Positions 11,258 through 20,489 of a DNA stretch of 64,000 nucleotides are shown in pieces. Each line of letters begins with the position of its first letter. Positions within the stretch are counted from its first letter, which is position 1. The stretch spans positions 124,001 through 188,000 of the forward strand of contig JBEUKZ010000060.1 of NCBI GenBank assembly GCA_048128005.1. Reading direction: 5' to 3'. The notes beneath the pieces were generated by a model that saw only the letters and a list, made by a program, of their open reading frames with translations, had not been told where the DNA came from and made no database searches. The position numbers and the translations under genes were made by a program. Origin of the DNA: Veleropilina oligotropha. Taxonomy: Eukaryota.

Positions 11258-11864
11258 TAGACGGTTCCCCCACCCCAAGGACCCCCACTCCGCGATCATC
11301 TGCGGCCAGACCGGCTGCGGGAAGACCTTGTTTATACTTGAACTTCTCGAGGGGGAGTACTTAGGAGTGTTCAAGCACATCGTCATTCTATGCCCAACGA
11401 TCAAGTTCAATCAGGCATACCAGTCATGCCCATGGATCTGGACCGACCCTGAGGTGTACTTGATCCCCCCCGGTGAGCGGCTCCATGATTGGTTGCGGGG
11501 GTTCTACCGACTGTTCCAGGGAGAATCAACCCTATACATCATCGACGACTGCGCCGCCAGCAAGGCCCTAGCCAAGAGGAGGGATATGCTGACTGAGCTG
11601 GCTTTTAGCGGGAGGCACGCCGCTCAGAGTGTGTGGGTGGTGACGCAGAAGTACAACTCGATCCTGAAGGAGTTTCGGGAGCAGACCCGCTTTGTCGTTT
11701 TGTTTCACTGCAAGGACCGCGACAGTTATGAAGACTGCCTTCGCGAGAACGATGTCATTCAGTCACAGGATGAACGGACCGCGGTGCGCCGGCTGTTGGC
11801 CGAGACCCGACACGCTAAGCTTCTGTTGAAAACTGATCAGCCCGTTGCTTATAGTGAGCTTTAG
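11229..11864 (+). CDS. A32/FtsK-HerA family genome-packaging ATPase
   Basis: Walker A GQTGCGKT, Walker B YIIDD, arginine-finger region SGRH and VVTQKY; start overlaps the MCP stop. Confidence 0.92.
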   Translation: MADLSPRCTSRRFPHPKDPHSAIICGQTGCGKTLFILELLEGEYLGVFKHIVILCPTIKFNQAYQSCPWIWTDPEVYLIPPGERLHDWLRGFYRLFQGESTLYIIDDCAASKALAKRRDMLTELAFSGRHAAQSVWVVTQKYNSILKEFREQTRFVVLFHCKDRDSYEDCLRENDVIQSQDERTAVRRLLAETRHAKLLLKTDQPVAYSEL

Positions 11865-11905
11865 CAAGCTGTAGTCTACTGAGCATCTCCTGAGCAAGCT
11901 CTCGC

Positions 11906-12667
11906 ATGTCGGACGCTGTATATCTAGCTTTTGCTTGCAGCCAGAGCCTGGTATTGTTGCTACTCGTAACGTTGTGGTATTGGCATTATCGCTATATTAG
12001 ACTGGCGAGGAGATGTTGGAAACGCTTAAGGATGGACAGCCTTATCGATCAACTCATGGACGACGAGGAAGAAACGACCGTGGGCGGCCATGGCTCGACG
12101 ACCAAACGCTGCTCGCAGCACGAGGAACCTGTCAGTGGCTCCATAGGGATGGCAAAGAAACGGGAGAGGCTTGCCGCGTTAGCCATCGGAGGGGATGCCA
12201 GCAAATACTTGGGGAGAAACCTCACGGTTGACCGAATCGACGATATGACTGACGACGAGGTTGAGAAACACCACGCACGGTATGAAGCGAAGCTAGGTGC
12301 TGACATGACGAAGACCCTGGGGACTGCCGCTATACAGCTGTATGCGGGTGCAGCTGGGATGTTCTTGCCCATTCCGCCGGAGAACCAACCACGTCTGGTC
12401 GCTGACCTCGAGGCCGATCCTTTCATCGCCCATGCTCTCCGCGGTGCAAGCTGTGAGCTGTATTATAAGTATGGCATGTGGCTAGCGCCGCTGACCGCAG
12501 TGTTGACCACTGCGAAGCACTGCCAATTTGGACATGTTTGCCCGCCTAAAATATCAGAGCGAGAGCGAGATGACAACGCCGGAAGTGGACCAAATGATCG
12601 AGAGCCAGCCGATCGAGAGCCCGCCGATAGAGAGGGTGACTTCTTCGACAGACTCATCAGTGAGTAA
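11906..12667 (+). CDS. Hypothetical viral protein
   Basis: 253-aa ORF in the co-oriented gene block, with an N-terminal hydrophobic stretch. Confidence 0.6.
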   Translation: MSDAVYLAFACSQSLVLLLLVTLWYWHYRYIRLARRCWKRLRMDSLIDQLMDDEEETTVGGHGSTTKRCSQHEEPVSGSIGMAKKRERLAALAIGGDASKYLGRNLTVDRIDDMTDDEVEKHHARYEAKLGADMTKTLGTAAIQLYAGAAGMFLPIPPENQPRLVADLEADPFIAHALRGASCELYYKYGMWLAPLTAVLTTAKHCQFGHVCPPKISERERDDNAGSGPNDREPADREPADREGDFFDRLISE

Positions 12668-13085
12668 AAAGGACCCTAAGAAGGTGGCTGCGGGTCGGGC
12701 CGGTGCTGCTGCTCGGAAAGTCAAGCAGGAGAGGCTCCTTGCTGACGTTAGAAGACTCAAAGAAGACGCTCGACAAGTATCCGTCAGCGAAGTTCCTTCA
12801 GACCTACCGGAGGCACAGCCCCAACAACAAAAACACAGTGGTAATACCCCGGCCGAGGTGACCGCGGTCGAAAAGTCAGCTACACGGAAATCGGACCCAA
12901 AATTTAATTGGACCCAGGTAGCCGTTGCTGCCGGTACGGTTGCATTGGTATTTGTTGTCTGGAGACGCAACAGTGGTTCATCCACACCACATCAACAGCC
13001 ACCAGTCGCGGACGCCAGGCAGCCCCCGCCCACCCCAACCACCACCGAATTGAAGACTAGGCACAACCCGTTCCATATGCGATAG
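12570..13085 (+). CDS. Hypothetical protein with a basic motif and one TM helix
   Basis: KKDPKKVAAGRAGAAARK and WTQVAVAAGTVALVFVVW. Confidence 0.65.
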   Translation: MTTPEVDQMIESQPIESPPIERVTSSTDSSVSKKDPKKVAAGRAGAAARKVKQERLLADVRRLKEDARQVSVSEVPSDLPEAQPQQQKHSGNTPAEVTAVEKSATRKSDPKFNWTQVAVAAGTVALVFVVWRRNSGSSTPHQQPPVADARQPPPTPTTTELKTRHNPFHMR

Positions 13086-13099
13086 TCTCAGTACGAAAC

Positions 13100-13340
13100 A
13101 TGACTACCCCGATTACTGATGGAAAGATGCTCGGCAATGCTGTATATCACGCAGCTATAGTGTCAGGCCTTGCCATAGGCTACGCACGCCTGGGAAAAAT
13201 GGTATTCAAGGGGGGCGAGCCCCAAGCTGGACTTCACTGGGTACGATGTTGGGATGGTCGTCCTCGACGTAGCGCTCGCCATGGCGACGAAGGACATGCT
13301 GATCAAGCAGGGCATCATACCAGCCGACGTTTTGAAGTAG
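13100..13340 (+). pseudogene. Small membrane protein with a +1 frameshift in a G-run
   Basis: Removing one G at ~13210-13216 gives ...KMVFKGASPKLDFTGYDVGMVVLDVALAMATKDMLIKQGIIPADVLK* (stop at 13340), a protein with two hydrophobic helices. Confidence 0.6.
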
Positions 13341-13370
13341 TGGGACCTGCTAGATAATCGCAGCATTTCA

Positions 13371-13799
13371 ATGGCTTCCATTGCGATGCTGGTTGGGGGC
13401 GCTCTCGTCAACGCCCTCGCCTTCAGCGGGTCCAACTTCCTCTTCTCGAAGCTACGCAGCTCCAGTGTCGATGAGGAGCGTAAACGTCATGACAGAGCAG
13501 TCGAGCAGCTCAACGCCGCTCGGACTAAATGGTCCCAAAAGAGGGCAGAGCGTCTCGACTGGCTGAACGTTGAACTTCGCCGCCAGGGTCACGCTGTTGG
13601 CACATTCCGGGATGTTGACGCCGCGATCCGTGAGTATGCCTTGATCACCGGCAAGAACCTTGACCCCGGCCTGGGAGGTGGCCCTGAGCCCGCCCTGTCC
13701 GACTACTACACGCCGAGTGATGGCCAGAAGGGACGTGAGATCACCTTCGTGATCCTGGGGATGGCTGCGACCGGGTTGGTAGCCTACAAGCTCGCCTAA
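13371..13799 (+). CDS. Small protein with N- and C-terminal hydrophobic helices and a central coiled coil
   Basis: MASIAMLVGGALVNALAFSG...ITFVILGMAATGLVAYKLA. Confidence 0.7.
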   Translation: MASIAMLVGGALVNALAFSGSNFLFSKLRSSSVDEERKRHDRAVEQLNAARTKWSQKRAERLDWLNVELRRQGHAVGTFRDVDAAIREYALITGKNLDPGLGGGPEPALSDYYTPSDGQKGREITFVILGMAATGLVAYKLA

Positions 13800-14072
13800 T
13801 TATTTCCAGTGGACATTTTTTTTCGTGGGCATATATAATAATGGGGGCCTCCCCAGAAGAGCTATACTGTGCCATGCTTGCGGTCAGCGGGGTGGGCCTT
13901 AGTACTACGTCACTCGACTGCTGGCGCCGCGACGAAAAGACTATGGTGCGGTTCGCAGTCCTGGTGCTCTCGGGCCCGACCAACCTTCGGGCGACGACTG
14001 CGCAGCGACCGGCTCCGGAAGCTGAAGCCTGTTGGAGACTGATCAGTTTACTGGAATACATTGCCAGTCTCG

Positions 14073-15110
14073 ATGGCAGCGAAGACCGGCAAAAGAACTC
14101 GAGGGCGCGGAATGGACCGGAAGCTTGCGACTTTCTACTATAGCCCCCGAGGCTACTGGAAAGGGATCGCCGCGATACAACATCTCTCGGCCGCAGTAGA
14201 TGTCTCTGAAGACGTGGCCCGGGATTGGCTGAAGAAGCAGGCCATCTGGCAAATCTATTTACCTGCGCCACGGCGGATTCCAAGACCAAAATTCGACGTC
14301 GAAACGCCGAACGAGGTTCACCAAGCCGATCTCCTGTTTCTCCCACACGACAAGGTCGGTCGTAAAACATACAAGTATGTGCTTACAGTTGTCGATGTGG
14401 CCAGTCGCTTTAAAGAAGCGGAGCCATTGGCCACAAAAGAGGCCAAAGGGGTTGCTGAAGCTCTGTCTCGAATCTACAGGCGGAGCCCTCTTAGCTGGCC
14501 GAATTTGCTTCAGGTTGATCCAGGGCGAGAGTTTATGGGCGCGGTCTCCCAGCTGCTGGCAAAGAATAATGTCGAGGTTAGGCGTGGCCGTGTGGATCTC
14601 CATCGCGATCAAGGGATCGTGGAGCGCTTCAACCGGACGCTCGCTGAGCGGCTCTTCGGGCACCATTATGCAACAGAGATGCGGTTTGCAGAGTCTGCGA
14701 AAGAGGGTCAAAGGTCAACTGAGTGGGTCGCCCGGTTACCGGCTGTAGTTGCGGCCTTGAATGGGGAAGAGACCCGCCTCACCGGTAAAAAGCCAGAGGA
14801 TGCCATTAAGGCACCTCGCGTTGCCCAAAAGCCCTCTTCCACTGTTCCAGACCGACAGGGGAAGGAACAGAAACTCCCCTCTGACGTAGATGTTCGATAC
14901 CTATACCAACCCGGTGAGTTGGAGGGTGGTCGCCGGCGAGCGACGGACCCGGTGTGGTCTTTGACGGTTCACCGGCTTGGACGCTCTGTCACTAAGCCTG
15001 ACGAGCCTGTGCTCTACTACTTGCTCGATGGACCACCGCGTGGGTTTGTTCGAGAGGAACTTCTCGTGGTGCCTCGTGACACCCAGCTGCCGCCGGTTCT
15101 CAGGCGTTAA
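14073..15110 (+). CDS. Retroviral-like (rve) DDE integrase
   Basis: HQADLL...VVDVASRF...QVDPGREF...GIVERFNRTL; catalytic D, D and E present and the ORF is uninterrupted. Start could be 14073 or 14112. Confidence 0.95.
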   Translation: MAAKTGKRTRGRGMDRKLATFYYSPRGYWKGIAAIQHLSAAVDVSEDVARDWLKKQAIWQIYLPAPRRIPRPKFDVETPNEVHQADLLFLPHDKVGRKTYKYVLTVVDVASRFKEAEPLATKEAKGVAEALSRIYRRSPLSWPNLLQVDPGREFMGAVSQLLAKNNVEVRRGRVDLHRDQGIVERFNRTLAERLFGHHYATEMRFAESAKEGQRSTEWVARLPAVVAALNGEETRLTGKKPEDAIKAPRVAQKPSSTVPDRQGKEQKLPSDVDVRYLYQPGELEGGRRRATDPVWSLTVHRLGRSVTKPDEPVLYYLLDGPPRGFVREELLVVPRDTQLPPVLRR

Positions 15111-18100
15111 CAGCTGCTGCTCCCTCGTTTTCGGTTACATTCCATACACGTTAAGCGCACGTTGTCGCGGATGTGGCCCCTGCTGTTGTCCACACGGTCG
15201 ACACTGAACTGCTGTGTGTCTTTGAGCTGGTAGGCCCAGAGCAGCTCTATTTTGCATGCTGCGCAGCGGTTGTTTTGGGTGTCTTTGAGCTGCAGGATGT
15301 CGTCGACCTTGAGGTTAAATCCCGGGAGTCCCTTGGCCTGGTCCTGGCGTTTGTACGCCAGGAGCTTTTTCTGGATGGTCTTTCGGAGCTGCTGCTCGGT
15401 TTGGGGCGGCCTGTCCTCAGCACCCTCATCCGGAGGACAGGTTACCCGTTCGAGCTGATGCAGATGCTCCACCCGGGACACGGCTAGGTAGGCGAGATTA
15501 CTCCACTGAAGGTAGTCATCGATGATCCAGACTTTCTGTGGGTCGTGAATCGTAAGACCCTGGCTCGAATGGATGGTGAGAGCATAGCCCAGGCGCCAAT
15601 CCGGGGTCAGGATAGCCCTTTCAGCGGCGTCAATGGTGACCTCGACGACGTCGTTCAGAACTAGCTCCTGTCGTTCGTCGGTGCCCGGAATGGTTACCAT
15701 GATGTTTTGCTTACGGGTGTCCCTGGGGTGGTAAAGGATAGGCACCAGGGAGTCTGGGAAGTGCTCCTTGTGCCTCTGGAGCAACAGCTGTTGAGCCCGT
15801 TCGCGGACCTTCTGACGGCTGGTGAGGATTAGGTCGCCTGGCCTCCAGGTGTTGACGAACCGATCCCATCCAAGGCACCCGGGGAGAGTCTTACGCATCT
15901 CGTCGCACTGGACTTTGTCGGGCTGGAGACGTATACGTCTTTTCAGGGCTTGGAGGGCAGGGTCGTCTTTCGCCCTGTAGTCTACTTCAATCTCTTCATA
16001 GTAGTCCGCGGTCTTTCGCAGCCACTCGTGCGGCATCTCCCCCGTAATCGGTGGTGGCTGGCCTTGATCGCCACAGCAGATAACCTGCACTTCGTGCTGG
16101 CCCAGCCAGTCTAAGAACATCTCGAGAATATGCCGGGGAACAGTACAGACCTCGTCCCAGATAATGACGCGGGGGATGAACTTCTGACCCATACGATCGG
16201 GCGTCCAGTCGTTCTGACCGCTCCATCGGAAGAAACTGTGGTAGGTCTGGGCTTTCACTCCTCTTTTCCGCATCTCCTTAGCGAGGCGGTGGGTAGGTGT
16301 GAATACAATGGGATTCCTTGCCCGAAATAGTTCGATCGCTCTCGTAGTCTTGCCACAGCCCCCTCCACCGTTGAGGTAACTCAGGCGATGGTGGGTCAGC
16401 GTGTCGTTGTAGCATGGCGCGGTGCTTGGCTGGCTGGAATTGGCGGCACAACAATACTCTGGCTTGGGCAGGTATGCGGCATGTTCCTGTGGCAGGTACA
16501 GCTGTTCGCCCTTGTCACGCCACTGGGCCGGTGCTACTGGCGGAAGGTACGTCTCCCCGATCAGACAGGAGATGCACGATTTATCGCCACAGTCGCAGAG
16601 TTGGGGGGCAACGTACGCCTTGACATCGTCGAGCTTCTCCAACGAGGCCTTCTTGAGGTAGATGCTGTCAGTGGCCACGCGTACGGCTTCCTCAGGGGTG
16701 AAACGCTGAAGCATGCATAGGCCAACATGCCAACATGCTGGCCCTCAGGTGGGCGTACTGAGGCTGGGAGCCATCATAATACGTGAGGATGTGACCGAGG
16801 GGGCATCTCTGAGGAGCGCCGACCAGGGTACCGCTTTGGCGGGTGTCTCTTATGAGGAAGTCGAGCTCCCCCTGGTCGGTCACCAGTCTACGAGTCAATC
16901 GCTTTCCGTCAGCTTTGGCGCCTTGGGTGAATTTGCCGATAATGCTGCAGCCCTGGTCACGATTCTCCGGAAGCCAGACATCGGTCTGCTTTTTGAATGC
17001 GATGATGGCCTCTCGGACCTTGAGGCTTTTTAGCAGTCCAGATTCTATGAGGAAGGCGAGCAGCGGGGTCGGTGCCCAACTCATTTCTGCAAAGTGCTTT
17101 CCGAACCAGGCTGGAATAGTGGGGTGGATTTCTTGTGCAAACTCCCATTCCACGACCTCGGCAAAGCCAGTGCCGATTTCTTGGGGAAGAGGACCGTTAA
17201 TTGCGACCCGAGTCATGCGGTGGGTTGGGTGTCCGAATCTTTCGAAGTACGGCTTAGCCTCGCCCTTCCCCTGAAAGCTGGCAGGGTAGCAGGCTTTCAT
17301 ATCGATGCAGCAGACATCTCTCGTGTCATATCCCATGGAATTCCAAAGGCCACCGTGACCATGCTCTACGCAGGCCTTCTGGATATCATCGAGCAGGCCC
17401 GCTGGGGTCGGCTTCCAGCCGTTGTTCTCTTTGGCCATAATGCTAGCTGCATGGTTCACGCCAAAGGCTCGATCGGCAAGAGACTCGTTCCCCAGAGCCT
17501 TACAGGCTTCCTGAAGAGCGGTGTGAGTCTCTTTCGTCCTGTAAGTGCGGCCGTCCTGCAGCACGAACTGGTCCACGCTGAGCTGTCGGTCTGTACCGCC
17601 AAGGAGCCAGACAGCTAATGGCTCGTTCTGTGTGGCTTGTCGGATAGCTTCCCAGACATCGCCCTCATACAGGTGGACCTCGCGAGACTGCGGGAAGTGA
17701 AGGTCCTTGGGCCAGGCGTGGCCGTTGTGGCAGATGAGTTCTACTGGTCTATGCCAGCCCTGGTACTTCCCACTGTTGTAGATGTCCTCGCCCGCAATAT
17801 CTCTCAAGATAATCGCCCGTTTGAGGATCCTCTCAAGGCCAGTGATGTTCTCAACTGTAGCGCCTGTTTCGTGGACTCGCTCTTCCCACTCCTGTATTTT
17901 TCGTCTTCGTATCGGAGTTAGTCCGTTTCCTCTCATGGCACCTTCAAAGTGCTCAACCACTCTTTGGGCAACGCAGTTGAGGTCGCCGTTCTTCATCGGA
18001 ACCAGGTTGGCGGGGTTCGGTTCTCTGAGAGGGTAGAGGCCGTAGACGACTGCAGTGACCGGATAGGCATTCTCGTAGTAGATCTTGTCGACCCCAGTGA

Positions 18101-18992
18101 TAGCACCCGGCTTAGTGTCCTGAGAGATCTCAAAGACGCCCTGGCCCTTCTTTCTCGCAGCTTTCACCGGGTCAAACTTGTCTTCGACCATCCAGTCACC
18201 TTCATGCCACTCACGCAAGAATTTGATTCTCAGGACATACTCGCCTTTTGGAAGGGCTGTGAGGAGCTGTACCGCCCTCGCGTCTGTCATACGGGCATCC
18301 ATGGCCAGCCGGTCAGCCCTCGCTTCGATGCCGTGTTCGATCTTAATGTCCACTTCTACCCTCCATGTGGAGAATGCCGCCGCGGCGCCATCAACCTCAA
18401 ACTCGTCTTTGGCGTCATTCAAGAGTTCCACCCATGGCTCTTTTGCTGGGAGCCTTACTGGGGGAGGGGCCTGGTCATCCAGGTCGATGAACTGTTGCCC
18501 CCCTGGTGTGGTAAACAGCCCTAGAAGATCCTTCTGGTAGTCCTGGGCTGTCCGGGGCGTTTTGGAGTCCGAGGCTAAGTGATCTCTCAGAATATCGGGC
18601 CCCTTCTGGGCAATAGCCCCTGCAAGGGTCTCTTTCCGAGACCTAGTCAGACTGTGCAGGTGTGGCTTGACGATTCGATCCGTGAGGTTACGAAGTGGCT
18701 TCAGTCGTATCCCGGGCTTTTTCGCAGCCTGGATTTCATATTTACGGGCCTTGAGGGCCACACCGACCTCGTCCTTAAGCTGCCGCAATTCGCGAGCACG
18801 ACGGCCTCTTTTGTGGGGGTTCTCCACATCCCCACGTATGGAGGGGAACCTTCCCGTTTTCATCGCCTGCTCGAGTCTCCTCCGAAACTCGGCAGCACGG
18901 ACCCCGGCGATTGCCCGGATGAGGTCGTTCTTCTTGAGCTTCGACCGAGCGGGAAGTCCGTAATCTTTCGCTAAATTCCGCAGTTCATCCAT
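15107..18992 (-). pseudogene. Replication fusion protein: HeH/Rho_N-like, OTU-like, PolB-like palm, SF1 (RecD/Pif1-like) helicase, HNH; split by a frameshift at ~16700-16740
   Basis: ORF 16692-18992 has ELRNLAKDYGLPARSKLKKNDLI, GDLNC...HNGHAW, motif A-like IDMKACYP and motif B-like CSIIGKF. ORF 15107-16714 has motif C-like VATDSIY, then GGGGCGKTT, IWDEV, GDQGQPPP, TIHSSQGLT, YLAVSR and CAAC...DRVDNSRGH..DN...TCMECN. Confidence 0.85.
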
Positions 18993-19040
18993 GTTGCCGG
19001 ACGGGCATACACTAGGATCTTTACTTCTCTAATAGGAAAT

Positions 19041-19379
19041 TTACGTGTGGTAAATTGCAGCCATGCGGAGAAACTCTCTCCGGAAGGCCCTTTTCTTTCG
19101 TTGCCAGTCCATAGAGTTCTCACTCTTATACCCACAGCCCTTACACAACGTAAACCGGTTGAAGACGCCTTTGCCGCATTCGATGCAGGGCTTTGTGCCC
19201 CAGCCATTTCGCCGTAGCCGAGCCAGGTGGACTTTGCAATACTCTCTCAGACAACTCTTACCACATAGTTCTGTGGAGCTTATGGTAAGCCAGTGACAGG
19301 TGTCTGTGCCCTTCATCGTATCCTTTGCAGTGGGTATATCCTGTGATGTGGGTATATCTAATAGGACACTTATCGCCAT
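19041..19379 (-). CDS. Small Cys-rich, putative zinc-binding protein
   Basis: C...CGKSC...YCKVH...CIECG...CKGCG pattern; co-oriented upstream of the replication gene. Confidence 0.6.
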   Translation of the reverse strand: MAISVLLDIPTSQDIPTAKDTMKGTDTCHWLTISSTELCGKSCLREYCKVHLARLRRNGWGTKPCIECGKGVFNRFTLCKGCGYKSENSMDWQRKKRAFRREFLRMAAIYHT

Positions 19380-19620
19380 GCAACTGCACGCTACCAGCGG
19401 GAACTACATACTTACATAACAGCCCGTTCAGCTCGCTGCTGACCCAGATTTCCTATTAGAGACCTGTATGAAGATCCTAGTATATACCCGCACTAACATG
19501 GGCATTATTTCTCACTGTTATCTACCGGCTGTGGCGGTGCGTCAGATAGTTGCACGCTTGCCAGCGGGAATTATATATTTATCTAAAGTGCTGCAATCTC
19601 GCCATGCAATTGCATGGAAT

Positions 19621-19800
19621 GAAGCCCCCTTGTATTTCAGCCGTAGCCTGGGGTGTCTTCTCGACCATCTCTCGGCCCTCTTGAAGCCCCCTTGTATTTC
19701 AGCCGTAGCCTGGGGTGTCTTCTCGACCATCTCTCGGCCCTCTTGAAGCCCCCTTGTATTTCAGCCGTAGCCTGGGGTGTCTTCTCGACCATCTCTCGGC
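19621..19800. repeat. 62-bp tandem repeat, ~2.9 identical copies, inside the virus
   Basis: gaagcccccttgtatttcagccgtagcctggggtgtcttctcgaccatctctcggc starts at 19621, 19683 and 19745. Confidence 0.95.
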
Positions 19801-20311
19801 ATTTTCTCCACGCAGCCTTCTTCCTCAAGAATTCGAAACGCAACATGCGAAAGCATTCTGAGGAGGTCGTTGTGACATATGCATAGAGGGCCAGATCTTA
19901 TAAATACTAAAGCCTGACAGTTCTTATATAGTCAGGTAGCCATGGCAGGCAAGAGAGGAGGTGTCTCGTCAGTTATGTTGTGGATATTAAATCACGACAA
20001 CTTTTACCATAGACTACGTTGATTAAAATGAAACCTACAACACCATAGACATATTGTAAAGCCGACTAAATCCCGAATCATTAATTAGTTAACTGTCCCT
20101 TGATTATAATGTGGCCACATTATCCAGTCAATCTTCATTTGATACTGGGCAATGTATTTCAGTCGGAGGGAATACCAGTGAGTCACTCCACAACAAGCTT
20201 CTACTAGGTCAACGCAGTCGTGCGCGACGTAACTAGGCAACCAGGTAGCTTATGAATAGACTATCGATTGTATTGTTGTTCATAAGCTAACCTGGTTTTC
20301 AGGCAGCGCTG

Positions 20312-20489
20312 TCTGTACACACGGGGACTTTTGTAATACACGCTATACCCTGGGGTCTGAACAGGTGCTGGGAGCCCCGGGCCCCACCCTAACTCCCTAG
20401 CCCCCCCCAGTAATACCAGCTCAGTTCTGAACAGGTGCTGGGAGCCTTATTTTCCCATTCTAAAAAGTCCAATCACCCCCCCTGCTGCT
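20312..20489 (-). repeat. Right terminal inverted repeat of the Polinton-like element
   Basis: Ends ...aatcaccccccctgctgct, followed by the TSD agagc. Confidence 0.95.

Larger units (their letters stand above)
3391..20489. mobile_element. Endogenous Polinton/Maverick-like virus, 17.1 kb, full length
   Basis: TIRs at 3391-~3577 and ~20312-20489 with 5'-AG...CT-3' ends; AGAGC duplicated at 3386-3390 and 20490-20494; compact, GC-rich, intronless ORFs including integrase, packaging ATPase, capsid-like proteins and a PolB-helicase gene. Confidence 0.95.

Noticed and set aside
13841..14143. 100-aa ORF upstream of the integrase
   Set aside because: Could be a real small viral gene (a TATA-like sequence precedes it), but there is no motif to support a call.
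16692..16740. Programmed ribosomal frameshift between the Pol and helicase ORFs
   Set aside because: No slippery heptamer is evident, the break falls within the palm between motifs B and C, and a local 8-bp duplication suggests a mutation.
3391..20489. Bacterial prophage or contaminant, given the GC-rich intronless genes
   Set aside because: TIRs, a TSD, a rve integrase, an inserted host MITE and flanks that rejoin all indicate a eukaryotic integrated element.
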